Source: Oopsacas minuta (taxonomy: Eukaryota; Animalia; Porifera). From it: DNA of 64,000 nt. The position numbers were made by a program, and so were the translations under genes. Positions 59,101-64,000 of the stretch are shown here, in pieces. The stretch lies in assembly GCA_024704765.1 (NCBI GenBank), contig JAKMXF010000188.1, positions 1-64,000 on the forward strand, read 5' to 3'. The notes beneath the pieces were generated by a model that was given only the letters and a program-made list of their open reading frames with translations, made no database searches and was not told where the DNA came from. The number at the start of each line of letters is the position of its first letter. The first letter of the stretch is position 1.

Positions 59101-60612
59101 TAAGTAGTGTAATTTAATTGACATGCCGAACGAGCCTAGGCCCCGTGAAAAGCGTGTCGCCACGCCCAGCCCCTTCGTTCGCCAAACCCTGGCGCCGCCC
59201 CTGCACATGAGTACCTTGAAAGTGCGAAATTCGGAATCTGCGTACTTGATTACCCCGGTATAACCAGTAAAACCAAGTTTCTTAAACTAATCAGAAACTT
59301 ATTTACTGTATATTTTTGTTAGTAAACATGATAAATACATAGTTATGCTATAGCATGGAATTACGAGATTCGGGTTCAATATAAATCCTTTCCTTGACAA
59401 CGAACAACGGACGGACGGGCACACAAACAAAGTAGCACTTTAATAATATAGATTTTGCATAGATATCAACCTGGCAAGTACACACTAATCGAAAGTACTT
59501 CTCGATCCTAATAAGTACTAACCGAGCTCTGCTGTATATGAAACATTATATATACTTATTTAACCAAATAGTGCCAGTCATAGCCTATGTGCTAGTTTAT
59601 TGTATTTAATTCAACTTACATCGAATGAGTTTTCTGTAGAATATTCGACAGGGTTTGTTACTTCACCGAGAGTAGTACCAAATTCCACAAAATCTAAGTC
59701 GGTATAATAATCTGTGATGATCTCGGGAGGAGTTGTTGAACCTGAGTTACAAGCAAATGTGTAAGTGCTGTGTCCATATCTTAGACAAATTTTGAAAAAT
59801 GGATCGCATGGGTTGTAACAAAATAAACAGTGGTCGCAATATGCACCATTAACATCTCTTCCCTTTGTATTGAAGTCTATGTAATTGATAGTGAGTTTTC
59901 CTGTCCCAGTTGTTCCTTTCTGTAAGAGTACAGTAAATAAGTAATGAATCTTTATTATGGACAGGGGCATAGGCCCTCTCTAGGGAAGGGGCGGTCGCAA
60001 TCCCGGTGTAGCAGCCTAGATTAACCTCCCGCCAGAATATACCCGGGTATAATCTGGGCTAGCCCAGATTATACCCCAGGGTATAAACTAGGCTAGCCTA
60101 TATTAACCCCGGGGCTTAATCTGGCCTAGCCCAGTTTATACCTGGGGGTTAATCTAGGCTAGCCCAGACTATACCCGGGGTTAAACTGGGTGGGGAGGCT
60201 AATCTAGGCTGTTACACCGGCACGAGCCTGAGCCCGAACGGGCCTCGGACTTATGATAGTTGGGCCGGGCCGGGCTTATTGCCTATACTTTAGGGTTCCG
60301 AATAAACCGGCCATTAAATTTTGAAATAATTTGGTTTAGTTCCATATATCTATATTATTAAATTTGAGAATAGTACAATTAAGTGTATGTTTTGCTAAAA
60401 TTTCCTTTATATTAGAGTATGTATACGTAGTATACCAAGAGTTACCACCTACTTACTAATCCCTTCTGATTTTCCCAATTTACAAATGGGAAAAACTATC
60501 CCATGTAGGTAGTTATAGATATTCAGGATACAGATATACATAATATGATTTAACTTACAAGGTAAAAGGCTGACAAAATAAGGCAGCAAGCAAATAGTAT
60601 CGTCAACTTCAT
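50125..60612 (-). CDS. ~2159-aa type-I membrane protein: SP, MNNL/C2, DSL, 2 EGF, 13 FN3, 2 EGF, HRM, GAIN/GPS, 1 TM, tail. Exons 60612-60559, 59919-59620, 56850-56526, 55925-50125
   Basis: Signal exon MKLTILFACCLILSAFYL. MNNL: NTKGRDVNGAYCD..CDPFFKICL and FEISIVAIDAD. DSL: YKFTCDEDYYSTYC..GHYTC..KIC..GFSGTDC. HRM: CGEVLY..LWLDT..VVLPC..ASRSCSADGSW..DVNNC. GPS: CVYWD..WTSSG..CSSTHATSFSVL. GT-AG phases 0, 0, 1 give 6480 nt. Confidence 0.85.
56281..56459. mobile_element. pogo-like MITE in intron 3 of the DSL-GAIN gene
   Basis: TA-cagtcaactcccgttatatcgaa ... ttcgatataaagggaattcactg-TA; a related left end lies at ~49356. Confidence 0.82.
57886..58299. repeat. Imperfect inverted repeat (~80-bp arms) in intron 2
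   Basis: tcatattggcatacttgaaatgtgttgtggttt..cagcatagggatat pairs with atatccctatgttgg..aaaccacaaacatttcaagtatgccaatatga. Confidence 0.8.
59226..59453 (+). mobile_element. 3' half of the Helitron/Helentron-like repeat
   Basis: gaaattcggaatctgcgtac..ttacccc and ccttgacaacgaacaacggacggac..ttaataatatagat match 20913-21241. Confidence 0.6.
60007..60216. mobile_element. Ginger1-like MITE, second copy, in intron 1 of the DSL-GAIN gene
   Basis: TIRs tgtagcagcctagattaacctccc / gggaggctaatctaggctgttaca; CCGG at 60003-60006 and 60217-60220. Confidence 0.88.
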
Positions 60613-60842
60613 AGAAATTTCCTAAATTAAACAATTGTAAAAATACACTAAATTCTATATTGTAATTGCCAACAATGAACATTTTGATACACTTTAGAGC
60701 TTTTAAGCAGTGCTAAGTATATTATGATCTCAAAAGTTTTTCCATGTACCTCGTATCATTCAGGGTTCCCCATGTTTAAACACCCAGCAAATCAGAGAGA
60801 AGAGTAAGTAAAATGCCATATTGCCCGACTGTTAGCACATAT

Positions 60843-61050
60843 ATACTTGCCAACTGTCCCGTTTGTGGCGAGCGTCCCGATTTTTGAATATTATATGAGA
60901 ACCGATGAGGCTAATATCCCGCCAAAACTTGCCAAAAACCTTATTTTGTCCCATTTTTTTGTAGTCCAGCCTAATACAAATATGCTACGTTCCGCAGTGT
61001 CCCGCTAAACCCTACCTTTGTACCGATTTTTCCTCACTAACGTTAGACTT
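60843..61050. mobile_element. Inverted paralog of the 4322-4534 MITE
   Basis: atacttgccaactgtcccgttt..gatgaggctaatatcccgccaaaacttg..tgctacgtt is the reverse complement of the 4322-4534 interior. Confidence 0.75.
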
Positions 61051-61169
61051 CATAATAAAAAAATTATATTTTCATATCTTCCTAAGTGTGTAATCGAAAA
61101 TGAGTCTTACAGAATGTACTGTAAGGCCCATATATTTTAGTATTGTCTTTTTTTATTCGAATCTGATTC

Positions 61170-61445
61170 ATAAACTAAGCTGTCGACACAGGTGGCAATT
61201 TTAGATTTTTACTCGCTCCGCACGGATTTATAAACCATCAAACAATGTTACAATTTAATATGATCATCCAGTTCATATAAAGTTGAATTTGTTTACAGTA
61301 ATTATCGGCTGAGTAAATATTATTAATAGAAGGGAATACTGGAGGAGATTTGATCGGTACAAATTCAAGAGCGTAAAAATCGGAATCAGTATATTGAATT
61401 ACTCCATTTTGCGGTTTAGGACAATCTTCTACGATTATTCAAAGG
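61170..61445. repeat. Dispersed repeat paralogous to 7830-8070
   Basis: actaagctgtcg.cacagg..attttagattttt..aatagaagggaatac.ggaggagatttgatcggtacaaattc is shared. Confidence 0.85.
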
Positions 61446-62185
61446 TAATATAATCTGTGAAATACATATCTTTTAAATGATCCATTGTTAATTTGAAATA
61501 TATTTTGTTCATAAATACTATAAAATAATTTTTGAACTTCAATGAATCCATATACAGCACTAGAAGAACCTATTTTTTAACTAATAAATATTTAACATCT
61601 AAGAACAATAGAATTATTACCGATGACATAGTGCTATATGTAACACATTATTTTAATTATTCAGGACAATTTTAGATGCACATTATGGTTGGATAGTGGC
61701 ATCTATTTCTTTAATTTGTGGGAAAACAAAGAGTGATTTCAATATTTTGAAGAGCAATTATCTGAATAATTTCTTTGTGAATCTTAAGAATTTTTTTGGT
61801 CAAGAAATTCTGGATAAATTTTTGCTGGTTGTATGAATGGTCAAAAGTGTGATAATTGTGTCGTAATGTGTCGTAGGATTTTTAACTCAAATCTACACTC
61901 AGTAGATTATCTGTGACTTTGATTCTAACTTTGGGCTCTGAAACGCAAATGGTGTGGCCAGGGAGTGTACACATATAAAAATAACAGAACCGCTCATTTC
62001 AGAACTGGGCACTATACTATAGTATAGTAGGCCCAGTAAAAATGTCCAGCCGACAGACTGGGAGTGTAGCCCAGGATTATTGCTTTGTGTTCTTTTCAAG
62101 GGGGAGGCTACGCCCCCCCCTGAACCCCGTGTATACGTATATACCGCACTGCACCAGCCCCAGATTTGGGGCTCCTTGCTCTGAG

Positions 62186-62589
62186 CAGTGGCGTAGCCAG
62201 AGTTTTTGTGATTCACGATCCTGCATCCATGGCCCAAGATCTAAGGGATCTAAGTGTTTGTTGGGCTAAAGTTTTTGAGAGAAATGAATACTCTGTGACC
62301 GTTTCTCAATCTAGTATGGCAGTTTGTACTAAGTTTATGTTTGCACAGTTTGAATAATTATGGAATTACAGTACCATAGTTGACAAAATTAGTGATTATA
62401 TTTAATAAGTCGAAATGTCAAATGCCCCACATATGGGCAAAATTATTATCAATTCCCCTATATATCACAATCTATAGCACAGACTGGGGGACCTGGGGGT
62501 AACCATTGATAGGTACAAACATTTCGTAGGCTGAGCAAGGATAGCGCAAGGCTGACGCCCTTGTAAGCCCAGGTCTGGCTACGCCACTG
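62186..62589. mobile_element. hAT MITE
   Basis: TIRs cagtggcgtagccag / ctggctacgccactg; 8-bp TSD gctctgag at 62178-62185 and 62590-62597. Confidence 0.92.
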
Positions 62590-62912
62590 GCTCTGAGAAA
62601 TAAATTATGTTAAAAACACTTGTTCCTAAAATTTAACAACAAATGCCTTAACACCCCTAACTTTCAAGAAAATGGAACCAGACTAAATCATTAATGAATG
62701 AAAAAGGTATCTACTTACCCAAAGTATATCAAAAATGTTCAAAATATAGAAATTGCAATTATAAAAAATTATTACTACTATACCAGTTGAGTTTATGGGC
62801 TATAAAGCATATACAATTTTATTGTAGGGCTATCAAAATATGAGACTACTGAAGAGTATATGAATAATATTGGAATTGTAAACAAACATATCAGGTTATT
62901 TAAGCTGGTATA

Positions 62913-63715
62913 CAGTGGCGGCCATATGGGGTGTGCAGGGTGTGCGGTGCACAGGGGCCCCCCAAAGAGATCATTTGGAAGGAGAGGAGATTAACCGAGA
63001 TTTTGGGGGAATGATTGGACCCACAAAATCCCAGGTCAACCTTTATTCTAGGTTGAGTATAGTTAATTGTTTAGTTGATCTATGTGTTCATGAAATTAGA
63101 AATTAAATTAGTCAATAAGCATAGGATATGACTACTACAAGAATTTAAATTTCCCTGAATTGGTTTTAATTTAGACATTTTTCCTGTTATATCTGGAATT
63201 TATTAGTTATTCATCTCTTGTGTGCATAGATTATATAGAAATATTATTTCACAGACATTAAATCGTATTTACGTGTATTATTAAGATATCTGTCACGAAA
63301 GTTCTAATTTGTTATACTAACTTATGCAGAGGCGGATCCAAGGAGGGGTCCTGGGGGTCCTAGGACCCCTCCTCAGTGTTCCTAGCGAGAATCAAAATGG
63401 AACCAAAATTCAGTTTTGAATTTTTGTCTAAAAATTAATGAATAATAGATAAATTAATTTAAATTTATTTCTCTATATGTGGTAGAAATGTCTTTAGATC
63501 GCTATTTCAGTGTCTAAATATTAAAAAATATACTGGGGGCACCCCTTAGGATAGCTCGCTGCGCTCGCGCTTGGACCCCCCTAGGTAAATCCTGGATCCG
63601 CTCCCTGTTATGCATGTGTCATGTGCATAATTTTGCATCGTTTTTTTTATAATTGAGAAGAGGGCCCCAAGAAAAACATTACACAAGGGGCCCCAATATC
63701 CTATGGCCGCCACTG
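62913..63715. mobile_element. hAT-like MITE with a second element nested at 63327-63607
   Basis: Outer ends cagtggcggccata / tatggccgccactg; inner ends cagaggcggatcca / tggatccgctccctg. No clean 8-bp TSDs. Confidence 0.65.
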
Positions 63716-64000
63716 AAGTCGAGGTTTTTCGTAAACCGTGCATTAGCTCAAAAGCAGAGAAGGGTGTAATTGTTCTTCGCCAGATATTGATTGCAAAGGT
63801 TATTTCTTCAAAGAAATTTGGCCAGTTTTCATGTTTTTCATCCAAAGAGTTAACCATTCTGTCCCGTTGTCGTTAATGATTTGAACAGGTGCCCCTTGTC
63901 GACAATACATGGAGTAAATACCTTTGGAGACCTCTTTAGCTTCTTTAGAATGAAATGACGAGTTTCAATCCACTTGGTAAAATGGTCGATTATTGACAAA
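63716..64000 (-). mobile_element. Gypsy/Ginger-type DDE integrase fragment
   Basis: Minus frames read LSIIDHFTKWIE / SKEAKEVSKGIYSMYCRQGAPVQIINDNGTE / HENWPNFFEEITFAIN..TPFSAFELMHG. Frameshifted, and the region with the catalytic E appears deleted. Confidence 0.78.

Noticed and set aside
18124-60612. Functional signalling cluster of the Hedge-domain gene and the DSL-GAIN gene
   Set aside because: They are 26 kb apart, on opposite strands and separated by unrelated housekeeping genes; nothing in the sequence links them.
1-64000. rRNA, tRNA, CRISPR or prokaryotic operons
   Set aside because: None was recognised; spliceosomal introns and animal-type domains show the window is eukaryotic.

Overview
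AT-rich eukaryotic (animal) genomic DNA. It is intron-poor and dense in MITEs and transposon relics. The best fit is an early-branching metazoan such as a glass sponge; this is inferred from gene content and style, not proven. No rRNA, tRNA or CRISPR array was seen. Intact host genes, in order: XYLB, CBS, KLHDC10-like, calcineurin B, a 3-exon secreted protein with a Hedgehog-N (Hedge) domain between two peptidase-M15-like domains, a SET/TSPY NAP-family protein, OGFOD3, a PhyH dioxygenase, 4-exon BCKDHA (with TMEM234 nested antisense in intron 1) and 4-exon IQCD/DRC10. On the minus strand lies a 4-exon, ~2159-aa gene I reconstructed by hand. It joins a Notch-ligand head (signal peptide, MNNL/C2, DSL, EGF) to 13 FN3 repeats and an adhesion-GPCR-type HRM-GAIN/GPS stalk, ending in one TM helix and a tail rich in endocytic motifs. 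This is the top finding. Other highlights: all 12 intact host genes have a YAG acceptor-like site 0-18 nt upstream of the ATG (possible SL trans-splicing). A full-length Buster hAT transposon is one base from intact. There are Ginger1-like MITEs with CCGG target duplications, a ~0.9-kb foldback element and a perfect 33-bp hairpin. Several pseudogene relics are present (two NHL-repeat, ankyrin, UGT, LINE, Gypsy). All homology calls are from motif recognition by eye; no searches were run.
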